From NCBI GenBank assembly GCA_964234715.1, contig OZ174284.1: a DNA stretch of 64,000 nt; one strand, 5' to 3'. A model generated the notes under the pieces. It was not told the DNA's origin, searched no databases, and saw only the letters and a list, made by a program, of their open reading frames with translations. Below are positions 13,503-25,681 of this stretch, piece by piece. Numbering within the stretch: position 1 is the first letter of the stretch; each line of letters begins with the position of its first letter. A program made the translations under genes and the position numbers. The DNA comes from Podarcis melisellensis (taxonomy: Eukaryota).

Positions 13503-14623
13503 ATATATGTAAGCTGGAATTTTCTCTCAACATTACTTGTAGTATAATTTTAGACTGGCATTTACAGAATTGCCTTGTGCATTGATTTCTGGTCCCTATT
13601 AGGAATATTAGTGACTTTGTGTGGCCCGGGGGGGTTGGGAGCCAAGGTACTAATTATGGTTTTTAACCGATAGGGATAGCTAGCTGCCAATATATGATTA
13701 ATTACAATAACACAATTCTATTACCATTTCTGTCTTTTAACAACTTTATGCTTCTTGGACCCTAGTTTTTTCTTCTTTCCATCACAGTGAAACTCATGAG
13801 TTATATATTTGTAGGGAAAGACTTATATCTGATACAGAAAATGGAATGAGAGGTACACCTGCCGAAAGACATCCTGAGGCAATAGAAAGACTTAGTTGAA
13901 CTAGTTTCTATTTTGTGTTGCCACCTGAGGTTAAGCTTCTGGCTTAAACAAGCTGAAATTAATTTTTGATGCCCCATACACATATTAGTGCTATATTTAA
14001 AAAATTGTCTCCCCTGTTCCAATAATAGGCTTTTATTTGTATCATCACTTCATTATTTTCAGATTATACACAAAAAGAAACATAAATAGTTTAAGCAATT
14101 GAGGATAGTGAATATGATGGATCATAAAGGAAATCAAATGTTTCTAAGACTGTTAGGGTGCTATTCATTTATAATTTGGTTCTTGCTTTGAATTCAACAT
14201 CAGCTTTGTTTTGATCACCAGAAAGTTCTGCTACTTTATTTTTAAACGCAGACTTAATAGTCTCACATGTAAGTCAGACATTCAGTAGCCTACAAACTGT
14301 TTTACTAGCTTGCCTTCTTCTACACATTATTGCTCAGGTTGTAACTGCATTCTAGTTCTGAGCTCAGCCATATGCTAACGAGTGTAGGAGGGAATGGGAC
14401 TATGACATGATATGACTATGATATGATATGGGACTAGTGCAAGCGAGGGCTCTCCAGGCTAACAGCATGGGATAGTGGAGAGAAGCATGCAGGAACCCTT
14501 GGTACTCTCTTAGATGCAATTACCATGGAAGGTGAGTGGGAGATTACGGGGCAGGTTGTTGGATCTGTTTCTGAGCTTTTCTAGATAGTTATCTGCCTAA
14601 GAGCAGTGTTAGAAATTCACATA

Positions 14624-14978
14624 AAAGGTAAAGGTACCCCTGACCGTTAGGTCCAGTTGCAGACGACTCTGGGGTTGCGCGCTCATCTCGCTCTGTAGGC
14701 CGAGGGAGCCAGCGTTTGTCTGCAGACAGCTTCTGGGTCATGTGGCCACCATGACAAAGCTGCTTCTGGTGAACCAGAGCAGCTCATGGAAACGCCGTTT
14801 ATCTTCCTGCTGGGGAGGTACCTATTTATTTACTTGCACTTGATGTGCTTTTGAACTGCTAGGTGGGCAGGAGCAGGGACCGAGCAACGGGAGCTCACCC
14901 CGTTGCGGGGATTCAAACTGCCGACCTTCCGATCGGCAAGCCCTAGGCTCTGTGGTTTAGACCACAGCGCCACCCATG
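14624..14978 (-). mobile_element. Sauria SINE, near full length
   Basis: Reverse complement of the 13151 copy. Degenerate 14-bp TSD TAGAAATTCACATA (14610) / TAGAAACGCACATA (14979). Confidence 0.9.
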
Positions 14979-15955
14979 TAGAAACGCACATATATAAGCT
15001 AATTGACAAATGGCACCTTAATCTAGGTTACAGTCATCACCACGGAATGTCTGCTTGTGATTTTTTCAATGAAATTATTATTGTTGTTATTTTATTATTA
15101 TTATTGTTGTTATACTTTTATTTTTATTTTTTTCTATACTGCTTTATATTTTAAACACATGAAAACATCCAATAAAACAATCCAGAATAAAACTGTGAAT
15201 GTAACACCTAAGTGTAAGGTGGATGGAGGTCTGGAGCCTTGAAATGTATGCAGTTTTACATCCTTCTTCCTAACTGGTGCTTCTTTAATGGCCTCATTCT
15301 ATTGAGCCTAAAGCATTCAACCTAAACTCCCTGCCTTTGGCAGAGAAGTGATCATGGCTCAGTGATGCTAGCGAAGTGCTGGATACGCTTTACTCTTGAA
15401 ATAAATCATCCACTGGAAAGGAATGAGATCTTCCAGGGCATTCTTTTCTCTCGGGACTGTAATCTCTCATTAATGTGAATGGGATCAACAGATAAAATCA
15501 TATTCTTTATGCCATTGAATGCAACTTACATACTGATAGGTAACCCAGCCTAGGTTTCAGCTGAACTGCACTACCAAATATTTTGTGCTTAGCAGAATCA
15601 ACAGGCGCATTAACCATAACTTCGCTAGCAATTTAAAATGAATCATGGTGTGTGAAATTCAGTCATGCCACCTCTGCTGCTTCTTAGTCTTTGTGCCCCT
15701 ATCCCACTAATTGCCAGGCTCACAGTGCTGCAGCGACAGCAGAAACCACAACTGGTAGAATGTCTTTGGGGGGACATAGCAATCCTATGCCCTCTTGGCT
15801 GCTCCCTTCCTTTCTGTGTAAAGTACCTAGACCCTCCTGTCTCTAACCCTCCTTTTCCAACTCCACGTCCTGACCACCCACTGCTTCCTCAGGCCACAGC
15901 TTGTCAGGTCACTGCCTACTCTGTTCCCCTTCCTTTCTCTGGCATGTGTCTAGAT

Positions 15956-16262
15956 CAGGGGTTCCCAAACTGCAGTCCACAGACCACACATGCTTCATTC
16001 AGGTGATCCATGCTGTAAATTGTGGCTGAAGACAATAGACAGCACATCTATAGCATTAAATATTCATATTGATTTTAATTGTATTTCTATTGCTTACTTT
16101 GTTTCTTATATATTGTTTTTTATTGTATTACAGCTTGAATTCCATAAAATTGTAAGGCACAGTGCATTACAGTTGCTAAACAACAGGCAGAAAAATCATT
16201 AAGTCCACCAAGATGCTCAGCCGTTTTCAAGTGGACTGTGGGTGGGAAGGTTGGAAACCATG
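15956..16262. mobile_element. hAT (Charlie-like) MITE
   Basis: Termini CAGGGGTTCCCAAAC / GTTGGAAACCATG and subterminal inverted cagtccac/gtggactg. TSD not clear. Confidence 0.6.
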
Positions 16263-16379
16263 GTTTTATATCATTCTCCCTTGTTCTCCTTCCATCTCCC
16301 ACATAAAATTCTACTCATCTTAAGCCTTGTGACATTCCTCCAGGGGTTGAATTTCTCATTGTTGCCCTTTCATGCCTCA

Positions 16380-19354
16380 ATTCCCCCTCTCCTGCCCTAC
16401 CTTTAGGTGGTTCCTCCTCCTTATTTATTAAATGAATTAGTTACTTTTTTCTATGGGAACTCAAAGTGACTTACAACCCTTTAATCCCAAAACAAAACAA
16501 AAAAACAGATACATTAAAATCAGTATTGAAAAAGACAATTATTAAAGTTTGTTCCCCACTGTGCACCTCATACAGCTTTCTTGCTTTGGTACTCACTTTT
16601 CTCTACCTGGAATCAACAATTGGGGCCAATTCATATGCCACTGTGGAGGAGGGGTTGCACAGCCTCTTGGCTTTGTGAAGATTTTTGGAGTGTTTTTATT
16701 TGAGGAATTCTGGTTCTTTTTGTTTATAGGTATTGCGGGAATGCTTACAGGATCGTTCTGATTCAGTTATATGAATAGTTGCAAGATTTAAGTGCCTCCA
16801 CAGTCACGAAGGTTATGTTCACATTGGCACTTTAGTTCTGGAACTCCTGTTTGACATACTCCCACTATTATAGGGTTCACACTTGCCTAGTACGGTAGTT
16901 ACTTAGGTTTTAATTAATGCCATAAAATCCAGCTATAGTTGGCTGTTTTCCCTGGGATAAAGGCAATTATGTAAACTAATTGGGTGGCAGTTAACAAAGT
17001 TTTACTGAAGAGTATACGTAATTCCATTGAAATTAACAAACATAACCAAGTTAGGTCAATTAATTTCAGTGGGTCTACTCTGAATATAATTTAGTTGAAT
17101 ACAAGACTTTGGGAAGAGACTGTAACTACTTTTTCTATCTGACCCTAAATAGTTCATATCCTTTGCAAAAATAGCATCATTTTTACAACCTTATTTAGTG
17201 CAAGGGCATCTGGGATAGACACTGTTTTTCTCGGTGTGTGGGGGCTGAGCAAAGAGGAGCAGTAGTAGGTTACTCCTGTTTGAAGTGGTAATATGAATAG
17301 GACACACGTTGTAGTTACTCCTGGAGTCAAAGGTTACTGTTTTTAAAAGATTGGTGTAACTCTCCTTGAGGCTGATTTTGCTGTTATTCATACCAAATAA
17401 AGTAAATTTCTCTAGGTGCTGTCATTGAATCTCCAGTCCTTTTAATCCACAGATTACATAGATATATTACGGCAAATGTCCAAAATTTGGAGAAGGATAA
17501 TATTTATCTGTAAATACACATAATCCCAGATGAATTCAGCAAATGCCCTCAAACAAATGCTTCTTCAGTTTTCAGGCCTATATTGGTGAACAATGCCAAC
17601 TAAATTTAAGTGACTGTCAGCTTCTGTTGGTGCATCCCTGAGTTTTTCGACATGTAGCCAGACTGGGCAGCTCCTTCTCATTCCCCCCCGTCTCCCCATT
17701 GTTGATGCAAGGGCTGGTGTAGATTGGGTGGCTGTTTGGGGGCATACAAGTAGAACAAGAGACGTAGGAACCTACAGATCCCAATAATGTTCCATAGTTC
17801 TTTCCCCTGCTGATCCCTCCGAATGTCCCATATTGCCCCACCTCCCACGTCTGGTGGAATGCCACAGTGGGACATACATGCCTCCAGAGCTTTCTGTGGG
17901 TGTACTGAAGTGCTTTAGTGGCATAAGTGCTGTTGTGTTGGCAGGCTGCCCACTCTTCCAGCCGATCAGCACTTATGTTGCTTCCTATAGCCTTTAGCTG
18001 GCCTAATGCCAGCTTGTAGGATTGTAGCCTTAAACTTGTGTGGAGGAATTTAACACTTAATGACATCCAGGAGTGTGCCAACTGCAGTGTGATCCCATTT
18101 GTACTATATATAAATTGTTTAAGGCATTTTTGTGTGAAAATATCCTATCAAAGGAGAACTAGTCATGGCATTTGGGGTACAGGCAAATTTAAAACCAAAC
18201 TATTCCAAGATCTGTTGCTAAATAAAACATCATCTTCCTTATATACCACCCCTCCATAAGAAGAAAAGGTTCCTGAAATCCGGTTTTATCACTGCATGAT
18301 ATAGAACATAGGAAAAATGGGTTTAAAGGACTCTAGGCATAGTACAACATGAGTGTTAGTGTTGAGATACCAGTCAACTGAGCAGTCAAATATTTCATGA
18401 AACCATGAATTCTGTATGTGGGTAGCGTGGCTTAACTTTATTGGGTAATGTTTTTCAGCCTGAGGGCTATATTCCCTTGTGGATTACCTTCTGTGGCTAC
18501 TTGCCAGCTGTGGGCTGAACCAAAGCCAGAAGTCGACAGGACAACATCCATCCTTCCAGATATACACATACAGGATTTCCCCACCACTTACTGTGCTTGT
18601 GTTCTTAAAATACATGTTGGGGAATGTTGCTATTGTGCAAATGTCAGATTTTGATCTGAGGTATGTAGAATGCCAAATATGCAGCTCAGACATATATCTG
18701 ACAGATACAAAGTAGCCCCTTTTTCTATTCACTTCCTATGTTTGATTGGTTACCCCCCCCCACCCCCGAATGTAGGGGGAAATGATGTAGGAAGGACTCA
18801 TGTTTTTTCCTCTTTTGTTTTTATTTGTACTGGAACGGGCAGGTACAAGGAATGGTCACTAGACCACATGTGGGTAACCTGTGCCACCATTTTTACCTCT
18901 GCTACTAGATTTGGTGCCAGTTCTTCTGCAAAAGCTGTGGCCGTGCCAATATTGTCACTGAAACCTGTCACTAGTGTTGCTTCCAAAAGTATTGCTGAAA
19001 AGTATTTCTGATTGCCCTCCAGTTGGCACAACTGCCTTGTGCCCTGCCAGCCTCTGAATGGTCTATCCAGCTCTCTAATCCAGCACCAGTTCCTGCTTCC
19101 ATCCACAGCTCACAGTTTGCTTGATGCTCTACCAAGGTGTATTAGGTGTGACATTTCAAAAAGCCCATTCCATCTCCTTTCCCAGCAAGTATGCCTGACA
19201 TCTGCTCTGGTTGAATGAGAGCTTCTGTTAGCCAGCACACAAGGAGGGCAGTGGTGAGGCCTAGCTGAGGGTGGGAGATCTCCAGGACCAAGACTGGCCT
19301 TCCTCCCCAGGGCTGGGGGCTACTCTGGATTGAATCAATAAAGCAATAAAGCAA
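16380..19354 (-). mobile_element. Degraded LTR-retroelement/ERV remnant: integrase C-terminus, env-like glycoprotein frame, putative PPT
   Basis: Integrase-like W...PVL...HPQLGLTTALLV and GPY/F-like NWCWIRELDRPFRGWQG. Three ORF-track segments share one minus frame (18732-17191) with N-glycosylation sequons. PPT-like AGGAGAGGGGGAA (16393-16381) is followed by TTG. Recognised by eye only. Confidence 0.5.
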
Positions 19355-19494
19355 GATCCATAGAACATTACTATTTTGTGTGTAAGAATCATATTGTTCC
19401 TCAGTTTGATCTCCTCCAAGTCATTTCTCCTCTATTTGTCCCTGCCATGTGTGACAGAAACAGGTCACTGAATGAATGAAGGGATGATGGATTG

Positions 19495-19495
<1 letters not shown>

Positions 19496-19554
<59 letters not shown>
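19496..19554. repeat. Compound microsatellite (TG)n(AG)n
   Basis: Read directly. Confidence 0.95.
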
Positions 19555-20001
19555 ATGAATTAATTAATTAATAGTTGATTGAAGGGGAGAGGGAGAGAAG
19601 GGGAGACTCACCCATACATTTGGCTTTTGTGCCAGTATGTGACCCTCACCATTTTTCTGCAAGGGAGTGCCTGAAAAGGTTACCCAGCCTTCATGAGAAA
19701 GATATGAGGCTAAGTGGAATATTTATTACAGCTGGAACCTAAGTATGCTTATTTGGAAATGGGTCCCATTGGGTTTAGTGGGATTTGCTTCTTAATACAG
19801 CATGCTATACACACTTACCTGGGAGTCTCAAAGTTGCTTCTCAGAAAACATATATAGGATTATGCTGTAAATTTGCTTAAAATCCTATGTATGTTGAATT
19901 TACTTCCAAGGAGAGGAACGTATCTGGGCTTTTTTGTCCTTTTAAAATCGTGTCATCCCAGTTTGCATTGCTTTAGTCTAGTCGGTTGTCATTAACTAGA
20001 G

Positions 20002-20207
20002 CAGAGCTTTCCAGACATTTCATGTTAGAGACACACTTTTTAGACATTCATCATTTTGCAACACAGTAATTCAGTTTTACTAGCAAACCGGAGGTTAAAC
20101 TAACCCCTTTCCAGCCCCAGGAGGCACATGGGGAGCATTCACGCGACGCACCTACACACTGCAGCAGACACACTAATGTGTCGCGACACATAGTTTGGAA
20201 AGCTCTG
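20002..20207. mobile_element. hAT MITE
   Basis: TIR CAGAGCTTTCCA / TGGAAAGCTCTG; 8-bp TSD AACTAGAG / AACTAGGG. Second copy at 34965. Confidence 0.85.
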
Positions 20208-20640
20208 AACTAGGGACTAGTCTAGTTGAGCCTGTAATATGTTTTAAGCTCTGGCTCACTAAGGAGGGAACACACAAGAATAGGTGTAGGTAACTAGCTT
20301 TCCACATTGGCACCTGAACTCAGGGTAGCAGTCCCCACTTTCGTTATGGATTTAGGTGCAAGGAGATAAGGCATACCTAACAAACTGAAATACTTGGGAA
20401 TGATATGAATTCAAGGAACTTGTTTCCTGTTTAACACTGGACAGCTTTATAAAGAAGTAGCCTAGGAGCATAAATGGGTTGAGATTTATGTATAGGGTAG
20501 AGCTTCCAACGTCCTAAAGGAAAACTCAAGCATATTATTAAAGGAAAATTCTTATTTAAGAGACAAGTTAACATAAAATTAGTCATATAAAAAAATAGAA
20601 TAAAGAAAAATGTTAGCTAATATGCTGTCATGGCTCTTAG

Positions 20641-20958
20641 TAAAGGTAAAGGGACCCCTGACCATTAGGTCCAGTCGTGACCGACTCTGGGGTTGCGGCG
20701 CTCATCTCGCTATACTGGCTGAGGGAGCCGGCGTACAGCTTCCGGGTCATGTGGCCAGCATGACTAAGCCGCTTCTGGCAAACCAGAGCAGCACACAGAA
20801 ACACCGTTTACCTTTCCATCGGAGTGGTACCTATTTATCTACTTGCACTTTTGACGTGCTTTCAAACTGCTAGGTTGGCAGGAGCAGGGACCCAGCAACG
20901 GGAGCTCACCCTGTGGGTCCTAGGCTGTGGTTTAACCCACAGCGCCACCCGCGTCCCA
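20641..20958 (-). mobile_element. Sauria SINE with internal deletion of the B-box region
   Basis: Perfect 13-bp TSD TCATGGCTCTTAG (20628-20640, 20959-20971); tail aaaggtaaaggg. Confidence 0.92.
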
Positions 20959-22650
20959 TCATGGCTCTTAGATATTCACAATTTAGACTGTACTCTGATA
21001 TACATGGTTGAAAACAATACAATTTATTTCTTAATGTCCCATAATTTCCTCATACATTGTAAATATTAATGATTACAGCAGGAGAACATGGCATTATTTA
21101 TTAGAACATGCAGTCTCCCTTACACAGAATCCAGTGAAAAGCAAATTTAGTCTCACAGGGTCAGGGAATTTTCAGATAGAATGACATCATTAACATGTGC
21201 TAATCAAAGGGTATTACATTACAGTGGTGTAAGTGATGGGAGTAAATTTCTGTTACCTTTGGGCACTTCTCTGTGGGAATGTCTAGGCTGGCCTCCCAAT
21301 GGAAGACACAGCTACTGAGTCAGATTTGCACACATTAAGAATTCCATCTCTGTATTCCCTGCATTTAACTTAAGGAGATGAAGTGGGTAGGCCTCCCAGT
21401 GGAAGGTACTGACTGGTATTTTTACAAACACATTTGTGTTTGTAAAAATAAACAAAGAGTTCCATATATTTATTTCCTGTGTCTTATCTTAAGGGAAAGG
21501 ACAATGCAGAAATGTTCCAACCAGCTGGATAAAGTTGGGTTAGTGAAATATAAATCAAGGCTATTCATTAGATCAGCATTCCCCAATTTGGTGCCTTCCA
21601 GATGTTGTTGGACTACTACAACTCCCATCAGTCCTGACCATTGGCCATGCTGGCTGGGACAGATGAGATTTGTAGGCAGTGAGCTGGGGAAAGTTGAATG
21701 AGACCTTTCAGCTGATTGGGATCTGCAAGTTTCATTCAAAAAATCATCAGTCTTGGGTGGAAGAATTAAATTTAACAAGATAATTATGGGTGTAGGAATT
21801 CATACTCTAATAAGTGAGGCCTTGTCAAAAAAACCTTGCAGTGTGTATACTCAGGATCCCAGCCATGTTTCAATTTCCCCCCTCAACTATCAGTCAAAAT
21901 TTTGTTTGCTGAGCATGCTCAGTCATTTATTTTGTTTGTGGGTGTGGGGTAACCTCACTGGTGCTCATTCTCAGCTATCATGGACATGACATATAAAAAT
22001 AGGTCCTCAGTGAGACCAGGAAATTACCTGTTCAAAGAATAAGCCAAACCATGGTTTAATGCAAATATGTAGGCTCCGAAGAGAGGATTGTGGCTGCTTT
22101 ACTCCTCCCTGGCCATTTTGCTGTTTTGCTTCCCTGTCATCCAGAGAATTCATAGTTTAGCCCTCCTGGACAAATCATAAGCCATAGAATATAGGAAAAC
22201 CTTGGTTACAGCTTTAAGCTGCAGGGAGCTAAACCATAAGCCCAAATTCCAATGACACACTGAGCCCGGCCATGCACGCACATTTGCCCTAAACCATAGC
22301 TTTGCTTAGAATGCCACGTGACCCAGGCCAATAAGATGGTGCCCCTCTGTCCTTTTCCAGCCATTTGATTCCACCCCTGCCCCACCCCCATTATTTCACA
22401 CACACCCTCCCCTGAGTAAGCATGCATTCTGTGAACACTGAGCTAGCTCAACCCTCATTGGGCCTCTTTTCTTGGGGTTTTGTTCTTTTACAGTTTTTTC
22501 CTAAATATGTTTCCCTACTTATGCAAATGCTAATTAGATTACTGCAACCCTCTGTGTGGGTGGTGTGCTTTTGACTACATAAGCAGCAGCACTAGGGGAG
22601 TGGAATTGGAAGTAGCATATAGTGTACATGTGGGGCCTTGCAAACAAAAT

Positions 22651-22683
<33 letters not shown>

Positions 22684-22684
22684 A
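22651..22684. repeat. Compound microsatellite (TG)n(AG)n
   Basis: Read directly. Confidence 0.9.
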
Positions 22685-25341
22685 CTTTCAAAGCAAGAGA
22701 GTAAGTGTTGAGTGTCTATATCTCTATATATCCATGTCATTTCCAGCCACTCCGTCCTCCCCACCACCCCAATTTTTCATTTCACACACCCCTCAACTGC
22801 CAACCAGCATTCTGTGGGTATTAAATATGCATAGACCTTATTAGGTTGGTGGGTTTTTTAGGTTTTTTTGTGCCTGGCTGTTGCCATTTTAGCTACATAA
22901 GCAGGGAATTGTATAGGAATTAGGCATGATGATGCCTAAAATGGCACCTTGAGCAATCAGTTAGTTACCTGAGACAAGGCAGGCTAATTCCTCTATTCTA
23001 TCAGAGTAGCAAGGTCAGTGGCAGCCAGGATACCATAACTCCCTGCCAGCACAGATAAGGGAGGTGTAATAACTGTGGTGAGTGCAGAGGAACAGAAAGC
23101 AAAAGTAAGAAGAGAAGGGAAATCTAGGAGAGTATTTCAAGAAAACGATTAGATAATTAGATGAAGGGAGAAGCTAATAACCATTAGGAGCGATATTTAC
23201 ATCTTGTAACACATCGTACTGGTGAGTGTTTAGATAGTTTTTCTTTCAACATACTTTCTTACCACACCAGCTAAAAATGAATATAGAAAAGTTACAGGCT
23301 ATGGTTTATATTTTGGGTCAGTGGACCGCAATAAGCTGTGTGGGTGTAGTTTTATTACTAATCTTATGAAGGCATGTGTGTGTTCAGCTATACCTCTGTT
23401 TTCTCCTTTTCTAGAAAATGGAAGTCTCTCTTGCAGAGTTAGAAAGATCTTACATTCAGACATCTTCTAATGTATTTGGTATCTTTTCCTTGCAAATGAG
23501 GGATGATTTTACTTGGGGTAGAATACCAGCAGTCAAGTACCAACAATAACAGGCCCTGAGTTTCTTTAATTTCCTGCATTGTGCTTCTGTTTGCCAAATC
23601 CAAGGTTTATTGTTACTGAATCTTGGTGGATTTATCAGTTATCAATCTCAGAACACAGAAAATGCATGGTCCCTAAGTAGCCAGTTGACTTTTCTTTGGC
23701 TTTTTCTGCTTGGCTTAATAATGAGTTATTTCACTAACAGACAATCAGCTTTTTGGAAATGGGTGAGTGTAGTGCTGCTTTTATATATACTGTAAACTTC
23801 CTGTTTCCTTAAGGGATTAATTTGGCAACATGTACTCTGATTTTCAGAGAAATTAAAATAGATTTTAAGCATATGAGGCAAGGATCTTGGATGGTAAGTC
23901 ATGTGATAATTGATGACAGCAATTTCACACATTCAGGTCAACCAGTGATAACTGTAATTATCACATGAATAACATACTATGCAAACTTGTGCTATGAAGA
24001 AGAATTTCTAGCTCTCAAAGCTTTAGCATCCAGACCTTCCCCTGCAGAAATCAAAGTTTAAATTAATGTATGCCTTCAGGGAGAATGTGCTGGAACCATC
24101 AAGAGGTAAATGTTTCTTCCTCCCTTGCCTAAGACCCTTGAAGGAGGACCTGTTGCTTAAATATTTACTATAGATCTCTATAGATCTATAGTACTATAGA
24201 TCACTATAGATCTCTCTCATATCTTTCTGGGGACTTTTGCCTTTTTGGCAGGAACAGGAGTGCATTTAGTTTTTAATATTTTTGAAATGTTAAGATTTTG
24301 TTCCAAATTTTGTAAAGTCCCCTTTTTTGGTGCTTCAATGTGTTGTTGCCAGGGAGGTAGGGGTTTTTTGGCTGGAAGGTGGCATATAAATAGTTACAGT
24401 AACAAGAACATTAAAGATGGGGCAGCAAGGGTATTGACTAATATTCTGTATTGGGGGGATAGCGAGTGAAAGATGGAATACTTCCTTCAAGTAATTTCTC
24501 TGTTGATGGAAGGAATAAGAGCACTTGACTGTAGGTCTGGGATATCTGACACCTGTTGTTCTTTGTCCTGCTCCCAATCCTTGATTAACTTTTAATATTC
24601 CAAATCCCAAATGTTACACTCTAAATTTCTGATGCAGAAATAGTTGCCTGGAGAACTCTGTTTCCTTATCGCTTCAGGAATGTTATGTGCATATCAGTCT
24701 ATAATTCTGCCATATAGAACCTCTTCATGCTATTTGTATCTTGTGAATGAACTCAGCACCCCCTCTTTTTTGAAATAAATTCTGCTTTCATGGCCATTTC
24801 CAGATGGCATTTAATGCAACAGTGTTTCAGCTTGGGGGAAATAGCATTTTATCAGCAGGAGTTAATTGTGGTGGACAAGTCAATAGATGTATGTATGTAT
24901 GTGCTTCAAATTACAGTTGTGCATTGTGTTCTGTAATGCATACCTGTTAAATACAGTATATAGCATATGAAGCACTCTAGCTGACTTGCATATTTTGCTA
25001 CTGGGATTTATTATAAGGAAGAGGCCTGTTAACCAGTTGTCTATTCTCTTACTTTTGCCCCCCTTTATGGAGTTCTTGCCAAAGCACTTTCAGCACTTTT
25101 AGAGCAGAAAGGCTAAGTCTGATCACAGTGTGAAATTTCTTTTCTCTGTAGAATCCATGGCTGTAATACTGTATGCTGTAAGGAGATTCCTAAATCAAAG
25201 AAGGGAAAATCCTTGGCTTAATTCAGTGTTTTGCATTTCAAGAAGGTTGCTGCCATCTGCTGTCACTTTAGATGTAGGACAGTTTGTAAAATTAAAGATG
25301 GATAGATAGGGGGTAGGTGTAATATTATAGGTATTATATTA

Positions 25342-25681
25342 CAGTTGACTCGCATCTTGCATATGGGTTTTGTTCCAGGGATATTGTGTAAAATTGAAGT
25401 CGCATATATTCGAAACAACCCTTAAAAACCAGAAAGTGGCCCGTAAAAACAGTTCAGCATTTACCGGTGCACAACAAGTGATGTTGTTATCTGCCTGACT
25501 TGCTGGGCTCTAGCAGGCTCTTTTGAGGTTGTCTGATCTTGCGAGAGCCTCCCAGAGCCCTGTTAGCACTCTGTGTCTTCTGTGCATTTAATTTGTGCAA
25601 TTTCAACTGGCCGGTCTTCAACAGCATAAGGTTGAAACTGCACATGTTAAACGCATGTACCGGTAAGTTGCAAGTCAACTG
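25342..25681. mobile_element. Tc1/mariner (Tigger-like) MITE
   Basis: TA|CAGTTGACTCGCA ... TGCAAGTCAACTG|TA. Confidence 0.75.

Noticed and set aside
15600-16379. 3' LTR of the env-like element
   Set aside because: Begins plausibly after the PPT, but no matching 5' LTR, clear CA end or TSD could be found, so it is not called as a feature.
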